DNA of 32,648 bases from Elusimicrobiota bacterium (GTDB taxonomy: Bacteria > CG03 > SLGR01 > JAGXOG01), in NCBI GenBank assembly GCA_027858455.1, contig JAQICQ010000101.1:1-32648 (forward strand). The letters run 5' to 3'. The notes beneath the pieces were generated by a model. The model searched no databases and was not told the DNA's origin. It worked only from the letters and a program-made list of their open reading frames with translations. The translations under genes were made by a program, and so were the position numbers. Shown one piece after another: positions 25,027 to 32,648 of this stretch (the stretch's first letter is position 1; the number at the start of each line of letters is the position of its first letter).

Positions 25027-25359
25027 CTACCCGCACATATTCCTTATTTCTTCCTCTTTACATTTTTTATAATTGCTGATGTCTTTATCCGATAAAGAGA
25101 GGTCTTTTAAAAGCACCCGTATAAAATTCATATTTAATATTGAGGGATTGACTAAATAAATATGCCATTTGCCCTCTTTGCGGCTCAAGACTAAATGACC
25201 TTCCTTTAGTTTTCTTAAGACATGGGAAATACGCGACTGCTTCATCTCAAGGATACGGACAAGTTCACATACACAGAGCTCACCTTCATTTAACAGAAGA
25301 AAGGCCCTGAGTCTGGTCCTGTCTGCAAGCGCATTTAATATTTTTAATGTCTTTTTCAT
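25027..25359 (-). CDS. arsR: ArsR-family metalloregulator
   Basis: It contains an HTH and the As(III)-type motif ELCVCELVRIL. The track start ATG 25377 overlaps the -10 hexamer of the promoter below. The second ATG (25359, MKKTLKILNALADRTRL) has GGAG 6 nt upstream and is preferred. The stop codon is TAG. Confidence 0.85.
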   Translation of the reverse strand: MKKTLKILNALADRTRLRAFLLLNEGELCVCELVRILEMKQSRISHVLRKLKEGHLVLSRKEGKWHIYLVNPSILNMNFIRVLLKDLSLSDKDISNYKKCKEEEIRNMCG

Positions 25360-25375
25360 TTTTTTCTCCGTTAAC

Positions 25376-25404
25376 ATATTACAATACTATAATACGTGTG
25401 TCAA
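25376..25404 (-). promoter_or_regulatory. Sigma70-type promoter of the arsR-acr3 operon with an imperfect dyad in the spacer
   Basis: The minus strand reads TTGACA (25404..25399), then a 17-nt spacer, then TAATAT (25381..25376). The spacer and -10 region contain the imperfect dyad ATTATAGT/ATTGTAAT, a plausible ArsR operator. Confidence 0.55.
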
Positions 25405-25437
25405 TAAACGGATTTAGAAATCAGGAAGATTTAAAAA

Positions 25438-25842
25438 TTACCAGAGCTGTTTTTGTTTGATTTTAAGTAAATAATAATCGTAATTTCCCGCCAGGCCGCA
25501 GTAAATCCAGAAAAATAAAGCCGGTATGCCCGCAAATAGTAACGAAACAACAAAAAACAGGACGGACTTGCCCCAAAGTCCCTTATAAAGATACCAAAAA
25601 ATACCAAAAAAAAAGGCGGCCCAGTTCCACTTTACCTGAAAGCGGCCTCCTCCTGAATCAAACTCATTAAATATCCGGCGGTAATAAGGAGGGTATTTTG
25701 AATAGTTCCCGCTGCCTGCTGAATTATCCCGGTCTTCGCGATATATTTCAGCAGGAGTTTCGGACTGTAAATATTCACCGCAGTAACGGCATTTTACAGC
25801 TTCGTCTTTTATGTTTTCACTACAAAAAGGACAGTTTTTCAT
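25438..25842 (-). CDS. Zinc-ribbon plus DUF2628 membrane protein
   Basis: 134 aa. The N-terminal zinc ribbon is CPFCSENIKDEAVKCRYCG (CxxC...CxxC). The C-terminal WNWAAFFFGIFWYLYKGLWGK is DUF2628-like and has two hydrophobic helices. Confidence 0.7.
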   Translation of the reverse strand: MKNCPFCSENIKDEAVKCRYCGEYLQSETPAEIYREDRDNSAGSGNYSKYPPYYRRIFNEFDSGGGRFQVKWNWAAFFFGIFWYLYKGLWGKSVLFFVVSLLFAGIPALFFWIYCGLAGNYDYYLLKIKQKQLW

Positions 25843-25890
25843 TTTTTTAAAGTCGTCCGTTTAATAGTTTTTTTAGCGCAGGCAGGTTAC

Positions 25891-26019
25891 TTACCCTGTT
25901 TGTAAATCCATAGGTTTACCGCAGCAGACAAGTTCTCCTCCCCCTACTTCTTTTACTTTGACAACATTTCCGCATATAGTGCATCTATAAACTTCGCCTT
26001 CTTTTTTTACATTGGTCAT
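25891..26019 (-). CDS. Desulforedoxin (42 aa), missing from the ORF track because of its size
   Basis: ATG 26019 is preceded by AGGAGGAAAAT. The protein is [42 protein letters not shown], ending at TAA 25893..25891. The CxxC...CC pattern and the EVY.C..CG..V.V...GGG.LVCCG block match desulforedoxin and the N-terminal domain of desulfoferrodoxin (from memory). Confidence 0.85.
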   Translation of the reverse strand: MTNVKKEGEVYRCTICGNVVKVKEVGGGELVCCGKPMDLQTG

Positions 26020-26394
26020 ATTTTCCTCCTGTTTCATCGTCTTTGGTTAAAGCTGTCTTTGCCTGTTTCGGCATTTTAAAAGACAGCACTTACCCGCATA
26101 GAACGCCTTTCTGTTTTTACTATTAGCCTTTAATAATTTTTAACACCATATCGTTAAAAAAGCAAATTAATAAAGCCGCCGACAGTCAATTTAAACCACC
26201 CTAAAGCCATCAGCAATATGGCAACACCCAACAAGTATGCACAAATAATTTTTAAGACATTCTAAAAAAATATGGCGACAAAAAGGAGGAAAAATTGAAT
26301 TGCAATTTTAATTATAGTTTGTGTGTTTTTACACCCTGATTGAACATTATGAGATTCGGCAACGGACGCGGCCGCTAAATTATTAAGGAAGGTC

Positions 26395-28197
26395 TTACTT
26401 TTTTGAACTTTTACGTTTGTTGTGGTCGAGTATCTTTTTGCGGAACCTTATATTGTTCGGAGTTACCTCCATGAGTTCGTCTTTGCTTATATATTCAAGC
26501 CCCTGTTCAAGTGTGAATATTTTGGCCGGCTCCAGGTTCAGCGCGTCATCAGACCCGGCAGCTCTGACATTGGTAAGTTGTTTTGTCTTGCAGACATTTA
26601 CCACCAAATCAGCATCGCGATTATTTGCTCCTACTATCATTCCCGCATATACTTTTTCTCCGGGCTCTATGAAAAATATTCCACGGTCCTGAAGCTTATC
26701 TAAGGCATAGCCTGCCGCTTCGCCGGCATTCATGGATATGAGCGCTCCTTTTGACTTACCCTCTATATCTCCCCGGTAAAGTCCGTATTCGTAAAAGACA
26801 TGGTTTAAGATACCCGTTCCTCGGGTGTCGGTTATGAATTCGTTCCGGTAGCCTAAAAGCCCGCGGGAGGGTATATGAAACTCCAGCCGGGTATAGCCGT
26901 CGCTGCCGGCGGACATCTTTATCATCTCCCCTTTTCGTTTACTGAGTTTGCCTATTACCGCCCCGGTAAATTCGTTGGATACATCTACAGTAACATGTTC
27001 TATCGGTTCAAACTTCTTGCCGTGCTCCCGGCGGAATATAACCCTGGGGCGTGAAAGCTGAAGTTCGTATCCTTCCCTCCGCATATTTTCAATCAATACC
27101 GCAAGCTGAAGTTCCCCCCGCCCTTTTACACTGAAACTGTCGGCGGCGGCGGTCCTTTCTACCTTTATACTGACATTGGACTGAATCTCCCTCTGCAGAC
27201 GGTCCCATATATGTCTTGAAGTCACATATTCCCCGTCCAGCCCGGAAAACGGCGAATCATTTACCAGAAACTCTATAGCCAGAGTCGGGCGGTCAATCTT
27301 AATAACCGGAAGAGCTTTGGGATTTTCCCGGTCTGCTATTGTTTCTCCCACATCAATGACCTCCGACCCGGCAATAGAAACTATATCACCGGCATAGGCA
27401 TTATCTACCTCTATTTTCTCAAGCCCGGAATATGCATATACTTTAGTGACTTTAAATTCCTCTTTTGAAGAATCCCTTTTAATAAGCACGACACTGTCGC
27501 CCTTTTTAACCTTTCCGTTATGAATCTTGCCGGTTCCTATTTTGCCCACATAACTGTCATATTCTATGGCTGAAACCAGAAACTGAAAAGGCTTTTCTCT
27601 ATCCCCCAGAGTATCATCAACATGTTCAAGTATGGCTTTAAAGAGCGGTTCAAGATTGTCGGATTTATCCTCTATCTCTTTTTTTGCAATTCCTTCCTTT
27701 GCCGAAGCGTATATAACCGGAAAATCAAGCTGGCTGTCGTCGGCTTCAAGTTCTACAAAAAGGTCAAAAATATTATCCAGCACCTCATGAGGCCGGCTGT
27801 TGGGACGGTCTATTTTATTTATAACTACCATTACTTTAAGTCCGAGTTCAAGGGATTTCTTTAAAACATATTTAGTCTGCGGCATTGGCCCTTCAAATGC
27901 ATCTACCAGAAGGAGCACCGAATCCACCATCTTAAGAATCCGCTGGACCTCCCCGCCGAAATCAGCGTGGCCCGGAGTATCCACGACATTTATCTTGTAT
28001 CCTCCGTATTTAAAGGCGGCGTTTTTAGAAAAGATAGTTATCCCTTTTTCTCTTTCTAAATCATCGGAATCCATCACCCTGTCAACGATTTTCTGGTTCT
28101 CCCGGAAAACCCCTGTCTGCCTAAGTATGGCATCTACCAGGGTCGTCTTGCCGTGATCAACATGCGCAATTATTCCTATATTTTTTATCTTATTCAT
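26395..28197 (-). CDS. typA: Translational GTPase TypA/BipA
   Basis: Motifs are IRNIGIIAHVDHGKTTL, DTPGHADFGGEV and NKIDR, with an EF-G-like C-terminal half. The track ORF starts 12 codons earlier at ATG 28233. ATG 28197 (MNKIKNIGIIAHVDHGKTT) matches the usual TypA N-terminal length. The start is uncertain by 36 nt. Confidence 0.9.
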   Translation of the reverse strand: MNKIKNIGIIAHVDHGKTTLVDAILRQTGVFRENQKIVDRVMDSDDLEREKGITIFSKNAAFKYGGYKINVVDTPGHADFGGEVQRILKMVDSVLLLVDAFEGPMPQTKYVLKKSLELGLKVMVVINKIDRPNSRPHEVLDNIFDLFVELEADDSQLDFPVIYASAKEGIAKKEIEDKSDNLEPLFKAILEHVDDTLGDREKPFQFLVSAIEYDSYVGKIGTGKIHNGKVKKGDSVVLIKRDSSKEEFKVTKVYAYSGLEKIEVDNAYAGDIVSIAGSEVIDVGETIADRENPKALPVIKIDRPTLAIEFLVNDSPFSGLDGEYVTSRHIWDRLQREIQSNVSIKVERTAAADSFSVKGRGELQLAVLIENMRREGYELQLSRPRVIFRREHGKKFEPIEHVTVDVSNEFTGAVIGKLSKRKGEMIKMSAGSDGYTRLEFHIPSRGLLGYRNEFITDTRGTGILNHVFYEYGLYRGDIEGKSKGALISMNAGEAAGYALDKLQDRGIFFIEPGEKVYAGMIVGANNRDADLVVNVCKTKQLTNVRAAGSDDALNLEPAKIFTLEQGLEYISKDELMEVTPNNIRFRKKILDHNKRKSSKK

Positions 28198-28351
28198 TTT
28201 TTTTATCTTCTTTCTCTTTGTTAAATACCGCATTTATTGTTTGACCGCGGTAAACCCGTGAAAGTTAATTATAGATAAGTATTTAATAATTACAAACAAA
28301 TGAAAATATTATCCCTTCAAACTATCTTCCACAGAAATTATTTTCGGCCGG

Positions 28352-29230
28352 CTAAAATAAATTTTTACGCTTTAAAACATTTACGGTAGTAAGCCACCTG
28401 CATTCACGGTTTAAATCCGATAAGCTGCTGTAAACCGGCTGTTTTATGGAATTCGGATTAATATAAAATTCAGCGCCCTGATTCCTTTTTGCCTCTACTG
28501 CCATTTCATCTAATTTAGTTATTAAAGCTCTGAAATTGCCGTAAATATTATGCCGTATATCTTCTTTAAGGCAGGTGAAATCAAAATTATTTATATCTAT
28601 TCTTAAATATATAAAGGGTTCTTCAAGTACTATATCTATATAATAATCCACATCCGTCTTATGCTCGGTTTTTTTTACTTCCTTGGTTTTTCCCGTGCCG
28701 ATAGGCAGACCTGTTGTCATCATAATACCCATTCTAAGAATTTTGGTGCCTGTGCCGGGCCCTTCTTTTTTTACCGTTGTAGTAGTTTCCGACCTTTCAA
28801 TCTTTGCTGCCGCAAGAAACGCTATCTTATCCCAGAAGACTTTTTGGTCTTTATACCCTTCTATAAACAGAGTTAAGCTGCCTTTGCGTATATCAAGTTT
28901 ATTAACAGCTGAGGGTGCGGGTAATTTTACTATAATATTTGCCGGAACGGCTTTTGCGCTGATACCTTCCCTGTTGAGAGCATCTTCTAATTCAGCGGCT
29001 TCTTTTTTGCCGAGTTTTTCAGAAATTATACCCCAGCAGTTTGCAATCTGCCGGGCTGAATCATAAATTGATTTTTTCTGCACTCTGCTGAAAATATTAG
29101 TTATGATTTCAGCATTCATGCTTTTAATACCGCCTATAATAACCGCATATTGAGTTTCCGAAGTTGTCACAAAATTTGTCTCCTGTAAGTTGTAAAAATC
29201 ATACTTTTTATTCGGCCCGGCGTCTATCAT
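28352..29230 (-). CDS. Hypothetical protein, no recognised domain
   Basis: 292-aa ORF with coding-like composition. It is co-directional with typA and ptsI and has a central Thr/Gly/Lys-rich linker (SETTTTVKKEGPGTGTK...GLPIGTGKTKEVKKTEHK). The stop codon is TAG. Confidence 0.5.
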   Translation of the reverse strand: MIDAGPNKKYDFYNLQETNFVTTSETQYAVIIGGIKSMNAEIITNIFSRVQKKSIYDSARQIANCWGIISEKLGKKEAAELEDALNREGISAKAVPANIIVKLPAPSAVNKLDIRKGSLTLFIEGYKDQKVFWDKIAFLAAAKIERSETTTTVKKEGPGTGTKILRMGIMMTTGLPIGTGKTKEVKKTEHKTDVDYYIDIVLEEPFIYLRIDINNFDFTCLKEDIRHNIYGNFRALITKLDEMAVEAKRNQGAEFYINPNSIKQPVYSSLSDLNRECRWLTTVNVLKRKNLF

Positions 29231-29339
29231 AAGTTTTTATATATAATACAAGGGGGTTTCCTTTTACCTATAATAATTAAAACTTTGTATTGGCTATTTA
29301 ATTAAAAAAGTTAGTCTGCAAAAAATATTAGCTAACTAA

Positions 29340-31064
29340 TCATATCTTTTCTATGAAATATTCTCTGATCTTCTCTTTAGAATGAATCTTGTAAAAATCT
29401 TTCAGCATATCCTCATTCTTCGGAATATTCAGATTCATAAGTTCGCATTTTATATCGTTAAACTTGGTAACGGCCACGCTGAAACTTCTGAGCCCCATCT
29501 GCAGAAATAAGGGGTAGAACTCTTCAAAAAAAGCTATCTCGCCGCAAAGACATACTTCTTTCCCGGCTTTCCTGCCCGCCTTCGTTATAATCTCCATCAT
29601 CTTAACCAGCGTCGGATGAAGAATATGGTAACGGTCCTCCACCATCGATTCACCCCTGAACGCCGCCATCGAATACTGTAGAAGGTCATTGGATCCTATA
29701 TTTATAAAATCCACTTCCTCCAGAAGTTCTTCTACCATCATCACGGCTGACGGGGTCTCTATCATTACCCCTTCTTTTATATTTCCATCATAGAATTCAA
29801 CTTTTTCTTGCCTGAGTATCTTTCGGGCCTTTTTGAAAATATTCCTGAATGTCTCAAGGTCATGTAAATCAGATACCATCGGATACAACACCTGCAGGTT
29901 AGTCATGCCGGCGCCTGCGCGCAGCAGAGCTTTCACCTGGTTGATATATATATCCGGAAATACTTCTACCGCAACAGCTCCGCGAAGCTCTATTTCATGA
30001 GCCATTTCCTCTATTAATTTAAAGTATTCGGGCATCTTGTCTAATCCTATATCAAGCAGTCTTATTGAGACCGGTTTCTCCGGGTCGGTCTGTAATATGT
30101 TTTTATACATCTCGTACTGTTCTTCTTCGGAAGGGGCATCGTCGCGCCGTACGAATAAAAATTCTGTTCTCAGCAGGCCTATACCGTCATATGGCATGTC
30201 TTCTATTGCGTTTAATTCTTCTAAAATGCTAATATTTAGTTTCAGTTTAATCCGCATGCCTTCTTTTGTTTTAGGCTCGTGATCTTTTTTTATCAGGCAG
30301 TACTTTTTTTTCTGCTCAAAGGTCTCTATCTTCCGATCATAGTAATTTCCGGTCTTTTCATCGGGAGAGACAATAACCTTCCCCATAGATCCGTCAACAA
30401 TGATTTCCATTCCGCAATCAAGATTATCAGCAATATCTATACCATATATATTAGGCACGCCGTAAGATCGGGCAAGTATAGTCGCGTGATTTGTAAATCC
30501 CCCGTGCTCTGTGACAAAGGCCAGGACATTCTCCTTCTGAATATTCAATACCATTGACGGCGTCAGCCTCTCTGAAACCACTATCACCGGCTCGGTTTCA
30601 CCGGTCGTGCATTTAAACTTTCCGGAGGTAAGGTTAAAGGCCCCGATAAGGCGGTTCCTTATATCAACAAAATCATTTATCATTTCATTAAAATGGCTGT
30701 CTTTTGCTTGAAAAATCTTTATGTATTCTTCAAAAACATCGTTTACCGCATGTTCGGCATTAATTTTTCTTTTCTTAATTAAACCGGATATCTTTTTATA
30801 GAGGCCCTTGTCATTAAGAAACGCTAAATACGCGTTAAATATATCCCTGGCTTCCTTATCGAGCTGTCTTTCCGCCAGCTGGGCCATTTCATCCATCTCT
30901 GTCCTTGCCGCTATTCTGGCTTCATCCAGACGGTTTAATTCTTTTGGAATATGTTTATCTTTTATCTGATAATGGGGAAGCGATTCATCAACTTCATTTG
31001 AATAAAGGCATACCTTCCCTTTGGCGATACCTGAAGAAACAGAAATGCCCTTTAATACTTTCAT
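29340..31064 (-). CDS. ptsI: Phosphoenolpyruvate-protein phosphotransferase (PTS enzyme I family)
   Basis: 574 aa. The phosphohistidine loop is EHGGFTNHATILARSYGVP. The PEP-binding TIM-barrel motifs are GLLRTEFLF and NIGSNDLLQY, with the catalytic Cys region VCLCGE. No HPr or EII gene is present in the window. Confidence 0.85.
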   Translation of the reverse strand: MKVLKGISVSSGIAKGKVCLYSNEVDESLPHYQIKDKHIPKELNRLDEARIAARTEMDEMAQLAERQLDKEARDIFNAYLAFLNDKGLYKKISGLIKKRKINAEHAVNDVFEEYIKIFQAKDSHFNEMINDFVDIRNRLIGAFNLTSGKFKCTTGETEPVIVVSERLTPSMVLNIQKENVLAFVTEHGGFTNHATILARSYGVPNIYGIDIADNLDCGMEIIVDGSMGKVIVSPDEKTGNYYDRKIETFEQKKKYCLIKKDHEPKTKEGMRIKLKLNISILEELNAIEDMPYDGIGLLRTEFLFVRRDDAPSEEEQYEMYKNILQTDPEKPVSIRLLDIGLDKMPEYFKLIEEMAHEIELRGAVAVEVFPDIYINQVKALLRAGAGMTNLQVLYPMVSDLHDLETFRNIFKKARKILRQEKVEFYDGNIKEGVMIETPSAVMMVEELLEEVDFINIGSNDLLQYSMAAFRGESMVEDRYHILHPTLVKMMEIITKAGRKAGKEVCLCGEIAFFEEFYPLFLQMGLRSFSVAVTKFNDIKCELMNLNIPKNEDMLKDFYKIHSKEKIREYFIEKI

Positions 31065-31353
31065 CTTACTGTTTCTTTCAAGGTATGGTGCCCTGAAACC
31101 CCATAATAAGCTATCCCTATATCCTTATATTTCTGCAGTCTTTTTATTTCCATTATTATTATTTTCCTTTGTTTTTCTAAAGTTAATGCGCCCGCGTATT
31201 TTAATATTTAATTATATATAATTTTCATAATTATTAAAATCAAGTATAAATCCCGGACTCAAGGGCGCGGATATACCCTGCATAACCCGGCTTTACCTGT
31301 ATTTATATTAAGCATACTAAATATGTGCGGTATCATTTCTGTATCTTTCATTA

Positions 31354-32055
31354 TTAATAGGCACCATCCCCATTGTCAAGTTTTAATATCAACAGCATCG
31401 GCCAGCTTATATATTTTTTTGCTCTGGGCTTTTTTGCGGCGAGTTTTTCGGTGCCTTCATACTCCCGGATGTCAGAAATATTTAAGCCACAGTTTATCGC
31501 CGACTTTACAAAATCTGAAACGGTATGATTAATGCTTCTCAGCTTAATTTTTTCTCCTGTCCCGGGGTTAGTGTAGGCGGCCTGCGCCCCTTTCAGCCTC
31601 ATAGCCGGGTGCATCTCTGAGATTAAGATAAATCCGCCGGGTTTGCAGATGCGTTTCATTTCCCTAAAGAGTGATTCAATATTTTCAATATGCTCAAAGA
31701 CAAGAGTGGAAAGTATGCCATCAAATTGGTTATCGTCAAAAGGTAGGGGCTTGCGGATATCATGCTGAATAAATTTCGCGCGACCGGATGATATCTTTTC
31801 AGATGCTTCCTTCAGCATTTTCTCCGAAAAATCAATACCAACAACCTCGGCACCATCTTTTATAAGCCGATTAACATGCCGCCCGGTGCCGCATCCGAGA
31901 TCAACAATTCGTTTACCTTTAATATCACCCCATAAACCCGGAACGATACCGCCTTCCAGCGCCATAAGGGGGTTGCCGTCCGTGTCATACTGTTTTGCCC
32001 AGTTGTTATATCCCCGACGAACCGGACTGCTTTCATTTTTAGGTTTATTCTTCAT
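31354..32055 (-). CDS. Class I SAM-dependent methyltransferase
   Basis: 233 aa. Motif I is IVDLGCGTGRH, post-I is VVGIDFSEKML, and FDGILSTLVFEHI follows. Confidence 0.8.
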   Translation of the reverse strand: MKNKPKNESSPVRRGYNNWAKQYDTDGNPLMALEGGIVPGLWGDIKGKRIVDLGCGTGRHVNRLIKDGAEVVGIDFSEKMLKEASEKISSGRAKFIQHDIRKPLPFDDNQFDGILSTLVFEHIENIESLFREMKRICKPGGFILISEMHPAMRLKGAQAAYTNPGTGEKIKLRSINHTVSDFVKSAINCGLNISDIREYEGTEKLAAKKPRAKKYISWPMLLILKLDNGDGAY

Positions 32056-32132
32056 TTACAGTTCCTTTTGACTCACGGGACCCTAAAGAGGGATAACCTT
32101 ATTATAACCCGGGCCTTATGCAAAACTATATC

Positions 32133-32333
32133 TTAGGTTTGGTTTTTTATACTGTCAGATATCAGCTCTCCGCCGACTCCTACATTATCGGGAGTATTCT
32201 CTTTTATCAGAGCCACATAAACTTCCCGCGGGAACCCGTAAGCTTTTTCAAGAGCATCGGTGACTTCTTTTACCAGTGTCCTCTTTACTTCAACATCTTT
32301 AATTTTCGGTCCTTCTATCATTGCGCTCGGCAT
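32133..32333 (-). CDS. 4-oxalocrotonate tautomerase family protein
   Basis: 66 aa. It begins with Met-Pro, giving the catalytic Pro1. The layout MPSAMIEGPKIKDVEVKRTLVKEVTDALEKAYGFPREVYVALIKENTPDNVGVGGE matches the 4-OT fold. AAAGGAGG lies 7 nt upstream of the ATG. Confidence 0.8.
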   Translation of the reverse strand: MPSAMIEGPKIKDVEVKRTLVKEVTDALEKAYGFPREVYVALIKENTPDNVGVGGELISDSIKNQT

Positions 32334-32648
32334 AATAATGCCTCCTTTTTATAAATACTTCCGTCATAATCTCTGTATTTTATTGTAAGAAAATATAAAT
32401 TAAGAAAACTTAATTACACTTGTTATATCCGAATTATTGAATTGAACGATGAAATCACTGTACTTACTTTATCTCACATGATTTATAACTTTTATTGTAA
32501 TTTTCACTGTCTTTTATCTCTAACAATATATTTCTATCCCGGCGGTATCTTTGAGTTTAGACAGCCGGTCATTTAATATAAAAATCAACATTCTAATTAT
32601 ATTTTATTAAATCCCTGACTTTTTTATAAACTTTTTTTACAAATACAC

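Noticed and set aside
26294-26338. 14-codon plus-strand ORF (TTG start) behind a perfect AAGGAGG in the typA-desulforedoxin gap
   Set aside because: It is too short, has no recognisable peptide class, and is on the opposite strand to all neighbouring genes. The SD match alone is not enough evidence.
29306-29339. Possible intrinsic terminator downstream of ptsI (AGTTAG...CTAACT followed by TTTTTT on the minus strand). Similar weak candidates lie after the genes ending at 22268 and 23722.
   Set aside because: The stems are only 4 to 6 bp, AU-rich and have loops of about 17 nt. I could not find a convincing GC-rich stem plus U-tract terminator anywhere in the window, so none is annotated.
1-32648. 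Strong strand bias (26 of 28 genes on the minus strand) as a sign of a mobile island or prophage
   Set aside because: The gene content is mostly housekeeping, and there is no integrase, transposase, tRNA target or flanking direct repeats. Co-orientation with replication is the simpler explanation.

Overview
This is a 32.6-kb fragment from a low-GC bacterium with a Lys-rich proteome. Desulforedoxin, a B12-radical-SAM enzyme, ACR3 and KtrAB suggest an anaerobe, but I cannot assign a taxon from the sequence alone. I can support 28 protein-coding loci, 26 of them on the minus strand. One is a sulfotransferase broken by an in-frame TAG. Two are absent from the supplied ORF track: a 5' partial gene at the left edge and a 42-aa desulforedoxin. 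I found no rRNA, tRNA, CRISPR array, transposase or integrase. The core genes are typA, ptsI, pfk, ktrAB, an AMMECR1 protein, an FKBP isomerase, and a large hybrid histidine kinase with two periplasmic solute-binding domains. The accessory content is an arsR-acr3 operon carrying an extra Cys-rich gene, a small NTase-fold two-gene module behind a consensus promoter, a wHTH-GHKL-STAS fusion gene, and an AAA/DUF4143 ATPase. The last two are each preceded by conspicuous repeats. The best candidate for an undescribed system is the overlapping three-gene operon at 3210..7396: a GGDEF cyclase, an Mre11/SbcD-like phosphoesterase, and a Cys-free Rad50/SbcC-like ATPase. In that ATPase the coiled-coil apex carries a two-helix membrane hairpin instead of a zinc hook. 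The phosphoesterase keeps its catalytic motifs I and II only if translation starts at an ATT codon. A second gene, the FKBP isomerase, also has an upstream in-frame lipoprotein signal with no canonical start codon. All calls come from reading the sequence and recalling family motifs. No database searches were run.
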